This document shows, piece by piece, positions 42,593 to 52,875 of a DNA stretch of 64,000 nucleotides. How positions within the stretch are numbered: the stretch's first letter is position 1; each line of letters begins with the position of its first letter. A program made the position numbers and the translations under genes. The notes under the pieces are model-generated. The model saw nothing but the letters and a program-made list of their open reading frames with translations. It was not told where the DNA came from and did not search any database. Source of the stretch: Oceanispirochaeta sp. (lineage in GTDB: Bacteria; Spirochaetota; Spirochaetia; DSM-2461); assembly GCA_963663385.2 (NCBI GenBank), contig CAXXXD010000002.1, positions 960,001 to 1,024,000 on the forward strand, in the 5' to 3' direction.

Positions 42593-44203
42593 ATGAAACA
42601 GAAAAATATACTCTTTTTATTCAGCGATCAGCATAATGCCAGGGCTATTGGGTGTTATGGTAATAAGGAAGTGCAGACACCCCATCTGGACAAGTTGGCG
42701 GAAGAAGGCGTCCGGTTTGATAATGCTTACTGCAACAATCCGATCTGTACACCGAGCAGAATCAGTTTTCTGAGCGGGCAGTATGCTCATAACCATGGGT
42801 ATTTCGGACTGATGGGACCTCAGATTGAGCAACTGCCCCATATCTTCTCCCATTTCAAAAAAGCCGGCTATGCAACCGGGTGGGTCGGGAAAAGTCATAC
42901 ACCCGCAGGCTGGCTCTCCAACTGTGACTATATCCGGGATGCCATGGGTTACGAAAAGGGTATTACCCTGGAAGAAGCTTCCCGGCTCGAAGGGTTGCAG
43001 GGGCGTGATGACGATGATTATTCACTCTACCTGAAGGAAAAAGGGCTACTCCGATTACGAGAGGATAAGGTCCTGCAGGAGCAGTTTGACCGTTTCGGCC
43101 ATAGCCGGGGACAGGGGGTTGACGCCAAAGCCGGTTCCCTGCCTGTTGATGAAACAGTAGAAGCCTGGTGTGCTTCGGAAACCATGGAGTTTATACGGGA
43201 CAGTAACGATCGGGACAAGCCTTTTATCTGCTGGATGAGTATGCCTCACCCGCATCAGGGATGGGCCCCGGCCAAAGAGTTCTGGGATCTCTATGACGAA
43301 GATGCCCTGACTCTGCCTCCCAATGCGGAAAGCGATTTCTCCTTCCGTCACCCTACGGCGGAAAAGGCCCGTAAGTATTATCAGGAAAATGATGAGTGGC
43401 GGCTTTATGAACCAAAAGATTGGGAATCTGCCCGCAGACGCGTATTGAAGGGGTACTATGCCAGTGTGTCACAGGTGGACGATGCGGTCGGCCGGGTACT
43501 GAAAGGATTGAAGGAGCTGGGGCTGGAAGAGGATACGATTGTGATTTACTCCGCGGATCATGGTGATTTTGCCGGAGAGCACGGAATGATTGAGAAGGCT
43601 CCCGGTATCGCCTTCCGCTGCGTAACCCGGATTCCCCTTATTATGAAGTGTCCCGGTTTGATCCCTGAGAATCTTACCCGTCGCCATCTTGTAGAATCAA
43701 TAGATCTCTTTCCGGGGCTGGTCGAACTCTGCGGCTTATCCGAACCTGACTGGATTGACGGTACAAGTCTGACTCCTGTTTTAATGAAGGATGAACCGGT
43801 TAAGAAATATGCTTTTACCGAACATCCCTTGAGTAAAACGGTGCATACGGAACGTTATAAATTCACCCATTATCAGAAGGAGATGTGCGGCGGAAAAGAC
43901 TTTGGTGAACTGTATGATATGAAACAGGATCCCTGGGAACTGGAAAATCTTTTTTTCAGGGAGGAGTATAAATCTGTTGTGGAAGAACTCCGTCTTGCTG
44001 TCTTGGACTGGCTTATCCAGTCATCCCGGCATCTTACAATTGGTCCGTCACCCTATGTCTGGAAGGGGAAGGATTATGGGACATGGGATCTTGCTCCTCA
44101 ATTATATGATGAGGATGGCCTTCTGGGGCGGGGATATCTCAGTCGTGTACTCTCTTTTCAGGATGGTAAAACCACGAAGGTGAATCCAATAAATTATCTT
44201 TAG
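42593..44203 (+). CDS. Cys-type formylglycine-dependent sulfatase
   Basis: NILFLFSDQH, CTPSR, GKSH, PHPH, SADHGD; no signal peptide. Confidence 0.92.
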   Translation: MKQKNILFLFSDQHNARAIGCYGNKEVQTPHLDKLAEEGVRFDNAYCNNPICTPSRISFLSGQYAHNHGYFGLMGPQIEQLPHIFSHFKKAGYATGWVGKSHTPAGWLSNCDYIRDAMGYEKGITLEEASRLEGLQGRDDDDYSLYLKEKGLLRLREDKVLQEQFDRFGHSRGQGVDAKAGSLPVDETVEAWCASETMEFIRDSNDRDKPFICWMSMPHPHQGWAPAKEFWDLYDEDALTLPPNAESDFSFRHPTAEKARKYYQENDEWRLYEPKDWESARRRVLKGYYASVSQVDDAVGRVLKGLKELGLEEDTIVIYSADHGDFAGEHGMIEKAPGIAFRCVTRIPLIMKCPGLIPENLTRRHLVESIDLFPGLVELCGLSEPDWIDGTSLTPVLMKDEPVKKYAFTEHPLSKTVHTERYKFTHYQKEMCGGKDFGELYDMKQDPWELENLFFREEYKSVVEELRLAVLDWLIQSSRHLTIGPSPYVWKGKDYGTWDLAPQLYDEDGLLGRGYLSRVLSFQDGKTTKVNPINYL

Positions 44204-44212
44204 GAGCAGAAT

Positions 44213-44536
44213 ATGAAAAGGTGGGCACAGGTTATCGGTCTTGAACCGGACCGCCTTGATGAATACCGGGCATATCATAAAAATATATGGCCGGAGGTTG
44301 TCGAAAATCTGAAACAGGCGCATATTCACAACTACTCCATACATTATGCGGGAGGTTATCTTTTCTCCTACTTTGAGTACTCAGGTTCCGATCTGGAAAA
44401 AGATCTGCACCGGCTTGCTTCCCGTCCTGAAAATATCCGCTGGAGGAGTATCATGAAGCAGATGCAGCTTCCCTTTTCAGATGGGGATGAAAGGGTGGTA
44501 TGGATACCCATGGAAGAGGTTTTCTATCTCGAGTAA
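44213..44536 (+). CDS. L-rhamnose/L-fucose mutarotase family
   Basis: EYRAYHKNIWPEV...IHNYSI...LFSYFEY...MEEVFYL. Confidence 0.85.
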   Translation: MKRWAQVIGLEPDRLDEYRAYHKNIWPEVVENLKQAHIHNYSIHYAGGYLFSYFEYSGSDLEKDLHRLASRPENIRWRSIMKQMQLPFSDGDERVVWIPMEEVFYLE

Positions 44537-44576
44537 CCAGGCAGTGTAAAATATGTTAACAGGTTCGTCCCGGATA

Positions 44577-44611
44577 AAGGCTCCCCGGCTTATAGCTAAG
44601 GAGCCTTTTTT
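44577..44611. terminator. Intrinsic terminator between convergent operons
   Basis: AAGGCTCC...GGAGCCTT followed by a T-run. Confidence 0.7.
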
Positions 44612-44617
44612 GGGAAA

Positions 44618-46147
44618 TTACACGTAATCAAACCCTTCGGGAACGGTAAAGCTCTTCTTGAACGCGTTGAACAGGAAGCAGATTGCCGCCAGGATCAGGT
44701 AGCTGAAAAAGAAGGGATTCAGGCTGAACCCGAGGGATGGTGCATGAATAAATCCGATCAGGGCCATAAGCGACGCCGCCAGACCGACAAATCCCGCCTT
44801 GTCCAGGCGTTTATCGATAATAAAGGCTGTTATGGAAGCCCAGAGCATTCCGGTGATAATGGCGCCGTATTTCAGTTCCGGAACCCCCATCCACATAACT
44901 CCCTCATTATTGAGAGCTGCCACTACTTCGGGGCTGAACTCATATACACCCTGTGTATAGAGTGTCAGCTGAACCTCTGTGAATGCATAGTCCGCCAGGT
45001 GGGGAACGAAAGCTACCGCTACAGCAGCGCCATGACGGAAGGGGCGTGCTTCCCTGAAAGCCTGGGTAATAATAACGATGGAGCACCAGATAAAGGTGAT
45101 GGCGCAGATGACAGGAGGCATCAGGGAGTTGATAAAGGCATAGGCACCGAAGATTCCCGCCAGACCGAGGATAAGCCCGGAGATCCAGGAATAACCGGAA
45201 CCGGCTTTTCCCTTTTTCAGTCCGGGGTGTCCCAGCCATACCGTATTGGGAACCACACCGCCGAAAAGGGCGGAGAGCATGGTCATGGCACCGTCGGCAA
45301 TCTGTGTCTCCCTTACATCGTAGTTGTCGCCGGCTGCAATGGCAGATTCAACATTATCCATTGTTTCGATAAAGTTGTAGATCTGAATGGGGATGATAAC
45401 CACCAGATAGGGGCCGATCATGGACATGCCGCTGATAATAGCCCTGATCCCGCCGATCGGACTCATCAGGGTAAACCCGAATCCGCTTACATCGGGATGG
45501 ATCCTTCCAAGAATAGCCGCATAGAGCATACCGCCGATAACAGCTACCATCAGGGCGGGGATCTTTCTGGGGAAAACATATCCGCCGATCAGTCCGATAA
45601 TGGCGATGATAAGAACGGGCATTCCCAGAATCGGATCGGCATAGACATCATAGAAACCCTTGTTGATCATCCAGACCAGGGCTATACCGCCGACTGTTCC
45701 CAGCAGGGCTGCCCGGGGGAGGAATTTGCGGAGCCAGGGACCGACAACGCTCCCCAGCGCTTCAATCACTCCGCCCAGAAAGGTGGCGGCAACGGCGACC
45801 ATCCAGACTTTCTCCGGATCTCCGATGGCATAGTTGAGAGGAGCAATAATGCCCCAGAGATAGACAAACATGGCCGGTGTGGAGACACCGGAAGGGAGGG
45901 CGGTTACATCGGTGCGGCCCTCCTTTTTCGCCAGTCTGTTTGCCATCCAGGCATAATAGATACCAGACCCCATCAATCCCACGGACATGCCCGGGATTAC
46001 CTTGCCGAATACAAGGGCGGCGGGCCATTCGAAAACATAGAGAAGAACACCGATTACAATGATGTAATTGACGATATTCCCGGCCAGACTATAGGCCATC
46101 CCGCCTATGTCACCGCTTCGAAACAACGGCATTTTAGATTCTTTCAT
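44618..46147 (-). CDS. Xanthine/uracil/vitamin C permease-like (NCS2-type) transporter
   Basis: Multi-pass membrane protein with GRTDVTALPSG, LPRAALLG, NVESA.AAGD.Y, GHPG.K motifs. Confidence 0.75.
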   Translation of the reverse strand: MKESKMPLFRSGDIGGMAYSLAGNIVNYIIVIGVLLYVFEWPAALVFGKVIPGMSVGLMGSGIYYAWMANRLAKKEGRTDVTALPSGVSTPAMFVYLWGIIAPLNYAIGDPEKVWMVAVAATFLGGVIEALGSVVGPWLRKFLPRAALLGTVGGIALVWMINKGFYDVYADPILGMPVLIIAIIGLIGGYVFPRKIPALMVAVIGGMLYAAILGRIHPDVSGFGFTLMSPIGGIRAIISGMSMIGPYLVVIIPIQIYNFIETMDNVESAIAAGDNYDVRETQIADGAMTMLSALFGGVVPNTVWLGHPGLKKGKAGSGYSWISGLILGLAGIFGAYAFINSLMPPVICAITFIWCSIVIITQAFREARPFRHGAAVAVAFVPHLADYAFTEVQLTLYTQGVYEFSPEVVAALNNEGVMWMGVPELKYGAIITGMLWASITAFIIDKRLDKAGFVGLAASLMALIGFIHAPSLGFSLNPFFFSYLILAAICFLFNAFKKSFTVPEGFDYV

Positions 46148-46159
46148 ATCACTTACTCC

Positions 46160-47533
46160 TTACAGGAATTTCAAACCCGATTGAATTAACTCTTCCTTTA
46201 CCTGATCGTACATCTCCTGCCAGGCGGGAACGGGGCGGACAGTCTCAAGGTCATATGCTTCGCTTATGCATACCCCGGGATTCCCTCCCTCTTTTACAAA
46301 AACCGCTTCATATTTTTCGAGGAGAGAAAGGATTATTCTGTTGGCCTCTTCCAGACTGAGCCCCTGCCGGGCTGCCGCATGGCCCACTTCTCCCATCAGC
46401 CGGACTTCAAGACCCGTTCCGTTGGGGTAGGAACCGTCGGCGGAACCGACACCTTCCAGATGGCCCCCGCTGACAGTCGCCGCAATGGCATTGGCTGCCA
46501 CTTCATAGAGCAGTTCCTTTGTCAGGGCTCCGCTCTTCGGGTAAATATCGCAGACGATTATCCCGGGAGCATTCCGGGCGATAGCCTGGCAGACCATACT
46601 CTGCAGCCACATACAGCCCCTGGTTGAGGTCGCCACATACTGGATATGGATCGGATGGCAGAGGTGATAGTCTGCGAGACAGATAATATTGGCAGCCAGA
46701 AAAGAAGCTATCTGTGCTACAGCCGCACCGGGAGCGTCACCAGCCAGTCCGCCTACCATTACGGTTGCCAGGGAGGCATTGGCCATTCCATAGAACTGGG
46801 AATTGGCCGCTCTGGTCATATTCCCCTTATCAATCATCAATTCATTGAACATGGCAACCAGATGAGCGTCGCAGGGACGGAGCATATCCGGGTGGGTAGC
46901 AGCCAGGTCTCCGATTTCGGTTACACTGCTTTCGGCTGCCAGCATTCCTATACCGGGTCTTCCTACCTCTTCCCTGACCTGCTTTAAAATAGAAAGTTCC
47001 CGCCTGGAGGCATACAGTTCACTGGGACCGCCTGATTCTACGGAAAGCCCGTCTACATCCACAAGGGATCCGCAGGTTATAAGATCGACTACAGGTTCCT
47101 GGGCCCAGCTTTTTACCGATACTTTATAGAGCTTTTCCGGAGTGGGGACTCCGGGGTTCCCCGCCCATACCGCCGGCGGCCGGCTGTCCATTATCTGCCG
47201 GGGAACGAGGCTGCAGGCGTCTTTTCCCTCGCCCATCACAAGAGGACGGTTCATTTTGCGGATCCCCTCATTGATCTCCCCTTCGCTCAGGGGAATTACC
47301 GTTCCATGGGTCAGGGCGTAAACACCTGTGTTCAGAATAAGTTCCTTTCCGGCCCGGAATATCCGGTCTGCCAGATCCGGATCATTGGGGGTTATGGTAT
47401 TCTGATCCCAGGACAGATCGTATTTTTCAACAAGGTCCCGGACTTTTTCGATAATGGTAAAATCCCAGTCCTCTTTGCTCATTTTCCGGCCTGTACGGGC
47501 CCTTCTGATAATCTCGAGATAATCGTGAATCAT
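46160..47533 (-). CDS. Monomethylamine:corrinoid methyltransferase (MtmB) family, non-pyrrolysine
   Basis: 457 aa; RARTG..EDWD, GRPGIG, FNELMID, GGLAG, PIHI, TGLEVRLMGEV, YDLETVRP match MtmB as recalled; no in-frame TAG. Confidence 0.85.
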   Translation of the reverse strand: MIHDYLEIIRRARTGRKMSKEDWDFTIIEKVRDLVEKYDLSWDQNTITPNDPDLADRIFRAGKELILNTGVYALTHGTVIPLSEGEINEGIRKMNRPLVMGEGKDACSLVPRQIMDSRPPAVWAGNPGVPTPEKLYKVSVKSWAQEPVVDLITCGSLVDVDGLSVESGGPSELYASRRELSILKQVREEVGRPGIGMLAAESSVTEIGDLAATHPDMLRPCDAHLVAMFNELMIDKGNMTRAANSQFYGMANASLATVMVGGLAGDAPGAAVAQIASFLAANIICLADYHLCHPIHIQYVATSTRGCMWLQSMVCQAIARNAPGIIVCDIYPKSGALTKELLYEVAANAIAATVSGGHLEGVGSADGSYPNGTGLEVRLMGEVGHAAARQGLSLEEANRIILSLLEKYEAVFVKEGGNPGVCISEAYDLETVRPVPAWQEMYDQVKEELIQSGLKFL

Positions 47534-47608
47534 TTTCCTACTCCATCTGGTATAAATGTCATCAAACCATGAGCGGAAAAAAGAATTGTGCGGAAGAAAG
47601 GTAGAAAT

Positions 47609-47724
47609 ATTCCGGAAGACAGACTTCACGCACCTCTGATTTTACCCAATCATGGTTAAGCGTGACCCCGATATCTTTTTCAGGATATGAACAGGCTTCC
47701 CGTCCTCAGTGTCATCACCGGAAT
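47609..47724 (-). ncRNA. Candidate structured 5' leader (unassigned riboswitch-like element)
   Basis: Closing stem UUCCGG/CCGGAA enclosing AUAUC/GAUAU and CACGC..UGAUU/AAUCA..GCGUG hairpins; no known family recognised. Confidence 0.4.
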
Positions 47725-47878
47725 TTTATGCAAGGAAACTGTATAATGATACAATTTCAATGATTTTTAATAAAATTAGCACGATAGTACAAAAATTGGC
47801 AATATATTTTTGAAAAAAAGGTCAGACAAGTTGAAATTCCTTTCTAAGAGCAGGATGAAGGATGAAGACCAGGGTATT

Positions 47879-47908
47879 AAAAAAGGCAGTTCCCGTCGGG
47901 AACTGCCT
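47879..47908 (-). terminator. Intrinsic terminator of eno
   Basis: AGGCAGTTCCC/GGGAACTGCCT stem with U-run on the minus strand. Confidence 0.85.
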
Positions 47909-47929
47909 GATATATCCGGAATTCAGATA

Positions 47930-49333
<1,404 letters not shown>

Positions 49334-49400
49334 TCAAGCTGTTACAGGGCCGGTTTGAAAGATTATTCGCTTATCCTAAGTGCATTTTCCGTTTTTCTTC

Positions 49401-50408
49401 TCAGGATAGGGGCAATATGGATTTTCTATCCATGAAGATCTGTTTTATCCGGAGAATATGAGGGGTCTGTCGTCCGCTGCCGAGCCGTTCCAGCATCATA
49501 CCGGCAGCATAACTTCCCATCAGTTCCGTGTCGATTCTCATAGTGGATATCTGATAGGTTTCAGCCGATTCGTAATTCAGAGTATCTCCCGGAGCTATAA
49601 GGGATACATCCCGGGGTATGGAATACCCCATTTTCTGAAGCAGATGGATGACTTTTCCGGCCAGCAGGTCATCATGGAGAAACAGGGCTGTCGGTCCGGT
49701 TCCCTCTAAACGGAATATTTCTTCCAGGTGACTGGAAATATCGTCATAATCCCGGATATTAACTGTTCTCCTCCATTGATCCGGAATTGTAAGCCCATTC
49801 TCTTCCAACGCTTTCCTGAATCCGAAATAACGGTCCGTAAGCGTTCCCGGAAGATTCTCTCTCGGGTAATCAAGGTAGGCTATTTTTCTATGACCAGCCG
49901 TGATCAGTTTCAGGGTTCCTTCGTATGCTCCCAGAAAGTCGTCAACGCAGACTGTAAAAAAACGATCCAGGAAGGCTGTGTTATTGATTATAACACAGGG
50001 GATTCCCTTTTTTTCAAGCTTATCAAAAAGGTGCTGATCTGCCAGGTGAATGGAAAGGAGAGCCGAAGGATTCAGCTCTGATATTTCCGCGAATATTTCG
50101 TCCGTACTCATTTCCCGAGATACCGGAAGCATCGTGACTGTATATCCTGCCTCTTTTGCGGAAATCCGAAGCTGTCTGATAATAGGGTTGAAAAAATAGG
50201 ATAGGGAGTCGTTTTCCCTGTCCTGATTAAAAAGGAGGGTCCAGTGCCGGCTTATGGTCTGACGGCTCTTTCTGTAACCGACCTGTTCCGCCGCATCCAT
50301 AACTTTCTGCCGGACTTCTCCGGAAATCCGGCCTTTCCCTGAAAGGGCCATGGACGCGGTAGTAAGGGAGACTCCGGCTTTTTCTGCTACATCTATTAAT
50401 TTTGCCAT
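49401..50408 (-). CDS. LacI-family regulator divergent from the glycyl radical enzyme
   Basis: LIDVAEKAGVSLTTASMAL HTH; IPRDVSLI. Confidence 0.9.
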   Translation of the reverse strand: MAKLIDVAEKAGVSLTTASMALSGKGRISGEVRQKVMDAAEQVGYRKSRQTISRHWTLLFNQDRENDSLSYFFNPIIRQLRISAKEAGYTVTMLPVSREMSTDEIFAEISELNPSALLSIHLADQHLFDKLEKKGIPCVIINNTAFLDRFFTVCVDDFLGAYEGTLKLITAGHRKIAYLDYPRENLPGTLTDRYFGFRKALEENGLTIPDQWRRTVNIRDYDDISSHLEEIFRLEGTGPTALFLHDDLLAGKVIHLLQKMGYSIPRDVSLIAPGDTLNYESAETYQISTMRIDTELMGSYAAGMMLERLGSGRQTPHILRIKQIFMDRKSILPLS

Positions 50409-50458
50409 AGAAACCTTCAGAGGTATTGTAGCCTACAAAGACCGTTTGTAGAACAGGA

Positions 50459-50479
50459 TGATAAAATTTTACCACAGTT
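50459..50479. promoter_or_regulatory. Candidate operator TGATAAAATTTTACCA
   Basis: Near-palindrome; AAAATTTTA(C/T)CACAGTT recurs at 55586-55602. Confidence 0.55.
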
Positions 50480-50573
50480 CTATTTTTTTAAACAGTTTCC
50501 CTATTTTTTGCACACCCCCGGAGGAGAAGGGCATTGTAGGATTTTAACAGGTAATCAAATGGAGGATTTTCCC

Positions 50574-52871
50574 ATGAACGAAAGTGCAGTAATAACGGAT
50601 ATTTCAATAAAAGGCCGCCCTGCGGAAGCGGATGCAAGACTAAAAGCCTTGATTAAAAGGAGTCATTCTCTGGCTATCGGGCATAAAAGGGACCTGTTTG
50701 TGGACAATGCGGAGTTTCTCGTGTATCACTGGAGCGGAGAAGCCGCGGCGTTCAGCCCCAATACGGGGGAGACTGCGGCGGATACGGATACACGGATCCA
50801 TATAGGGGATCACAATGCCCGGGTGGATGCGGGAGGGCCCTTCCCCTATACGAAAGAAATGCCATCCAAATCCGGCAGCTTCGAGTACAGTGAAAAAAAC
50901 TGGGCCGAAGATTATGCCTTTTTCCTGGATCACAGCCCTGCTGAAATCCATCCCAATGAGCGGATTGTCGGGGAGTTTCACTGGATGCTGGAGGAAGCCC
51001 GTTACTTTCAATACCCCGAATCCCAGAGAAAGTTGGGAAAGGCAGCCCGTAAACTGGGGGCCGGGGGCATCAGTTTTACCCATACCTGTCCGGATCTCAG
51101 CATAGGACTGGCACTGGGATGGGGCGGTCTGCTGGATAAAGTAAAGAGGAATCTGAAGAAATTCGAAGAGTATGGAAACGAACGATCCGCGGAGTATCTG
51201 AGGGCTCAAATCCTGGTTGTGGAATCCATTATGCGTTTTATCGAAAAGCATGCCGACCGGGCCGAAGAGCTGGCGGCTGCCGAAAAGGATGCTCTGCAGA
51301 AACAGAACTACCTGTTTGTGGCGGGAAACTCCCGGGCCATTATCTCCGCGGCTCCCTCCACCTACGCCCAGGCTGTTCAGTGGTTGCAGTATTTTACTAC
51401 GGTGGAAAGGATTAACGGACACGGTAACGGTTACGGCCGTCTGGACCAGCTGCTGATCGAGTATTACAGCAGGGATAGGGAAAAGGGGATCCTTGACCGG
51501 ACGGAAGCGGTATCTCTTATTGCCGAATTGTACCTGAAATACGGGGGGAACTACTGGTCCTTTGGCGGCCGAGACATAAACGGAGATGATGCCACCAACG
51601 AGATGAGCTGGATCTGTGTGGAGGCCTACGATATTACAGGGGGATACAATCATCTGGGGCTGATGTGGCACCCGGATATAAACGAAGAGTTTTTTACCTA
51701 CGGCTGTGATGTGGTGGCCCGTCACAACTGCGGTACTCCTACCCTGGTGAATTTTGATGTGCTGAGAGACAGCCAGCTCCGTTCCGGAGTGGATGAAAAG
51801 GATGCCTGGAATATGTCCTACTCGGGGTGTCAGTGGTACTGTGTTGTGGGCAGGGAGTATAACGACCAGGATCTGAACTCTTTCGTTCTGGTTCAGCCCA
51901 TGCAGAGAGCCATGGACAGGGCTGCGGAATCCGGTACGACCGATTTTGAAACTTTCTGGCACTATTACGATGAGGAGGTGGATAAAACGGCGGAAATCCT
52001 GAAAGATTTCAAGAACGAAACCTATCTGTGGCAGCATAAGGTCTGGCCGGAAATGGTTACCAGTCTCTGTATGCACGGTCCTATTGAAAAAGGCCGGGAT
52101 GTAACCGATTCTCAGTCTGTCCCCTATAACTACACCTCTGTTAATGTTCTGGGAGTTCCCAATGTGGTCGATTCCCTTTATGCCTTGAAGAAGCTGGTTT
52201 TTGAACAGAAGAAATACTCCATGCAGGAGGTGATTGATGCGGTCTCCTCTGACTGGGAGGGAAGGGAACTGATGCGTCTGGATTTTCTGAACCAGGATAA
52301 ATTCGGAAATGATCTGGAAGATGTGGACGCCATGTCCGTACGTGTTTCCGAGCATATCAGGGAGGTTCTGGAGAACAAGAGGAATAATAAGGGATTCTGG
52401 TTCAGGCCGAGTCTTTTTCAGTATATGGGACACACCTATGCGGGGGATCTTCTGGGAGCCACACCCGATGGAAGGAAGGCTTCGGAACCCCTGGCACATG
52501 GAAACAATCCCATGCACGGTCGTAATACAGAAGGCATGTCAGCCACCATGAAATCCTTCTGTGCCCTGGATTATACCAGGTATCAGGGCGGATCTTTTCA
52601 GGTGGAACTGCAGCCCTCGTTCTTTTCCGGAACAGACCACAAGGGAAAGCTGGTCAGCGCCTTTTCACGGATTTTCTTTAATATGGGAGGGGTCCAGATA
52701 AACCTGAACACGATTGATCTGGCAAAGCTTACCGATGCGATGGAGCATCCGGAAAAAGAGGAGTATTCCGAGCTGGTTGTCAAAGTTACCGGGTATTCCG
52801 CACACTTTGTCGTTCTGGACAGGCGGTTTCAGGAAGAGTTTATTTCCCGTGTAAACTATTCCTCCCTGTAG
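50574..52871 (+). CDS. Glycyl radical enzyme (PFL-like superfamily), uncharacterised subtype
   Basis: 765 aa; YGRLDQ, SGCQW Cys loop, KFGND, GATPDGR, LVVKVTGYSAHF Gly loop; GGAGG SD. Confidence 0.9.
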   Translation: MNESAVITDISIKGRPAEADARLKALIKRSHSLAIGHKRDLFVDNAEFLVYHWSGEAAAFSPNTGETAADTDTRIHIGDHNARVDAGGPFPYTKEMPSKSGSFEYSEKNWAEDYAFFLDHSPAEIHPNERIVGEFHWMLEEARYFQYPESQRKLGKAARKLGAGGISFTHTCPDLSIGLALGWGGLLDKVKRNLKKFEEYGNERSAEYLRAQILVVESIMRFIEKHADRAEELAAAEKDALQKQNYLFVAGNSRAIISAAPSTYAQAVQWLQYFTTVERINGHGNGYGRLDQLLIEYYSRDREKGILDRTEAVSLIAELYLKYGGNYWSFGGRDINGDDATNEMSWICVEAYDITGGYNHLGLMWHPDINEEFFTYGCDVVARHNCGTPTLVNFDVLRDSQLRSGVDEKDAWNMSYSGCQWYCVVGREYNDQDLNSFVLVQPMQRAMDRAAESGTTDFETFWHYYDEEVDKTAEILKDFKNETYLWQHKVWPEMVTSLCMHGPIEKGRDVTDSQSVPYNYTSVNVLGVPNVVDSLYALKKLVFEQKKYSMQEVIDAVSSDWEGRELMRLDFLNQDKFGNDLEDVDAMSVRVSEHIREVLENKRNNKGFWFRPSLFQYMGHTYAGDLLGATPDGRKASEPLAHGNNPMHGRNTEGMSATMKSFCALDYTRYQGGSFQVELQPSFFSGTDHKGKLVSAFSRIFFNMGGVQINLNTIDLAKLTDAMEHPEKEEYSELVVKVTGYSAHFVVLDRRFQEEFISRVNYSSL

Positions 52872-52875
52872 AACT

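Noticed and set aside
44744..46189. 481-aa plus-strand ORF
   Set aside because: Antisense shadow of the permease gene
46160..47533. Pyrrolysine recoding in the MtmB-like gene
   Set aside because: No in-frame TAG and no pylTSBCD genes in the window
47590..47724. Assignment of the leader to cobalamin, purine or lysine riboswitches, or a hammerhead ribozyme
   Set aside because: Only fragments match (CACUG..GGGAAG, UUUCUACC, AGAGGUGC, CUGAGGA); the remaining conserved cores are absent
50640..52517. 625-aa antisense ORF
   Set aside because: Shadow of the glycyl radical enzyme gene; no recognisable motifs
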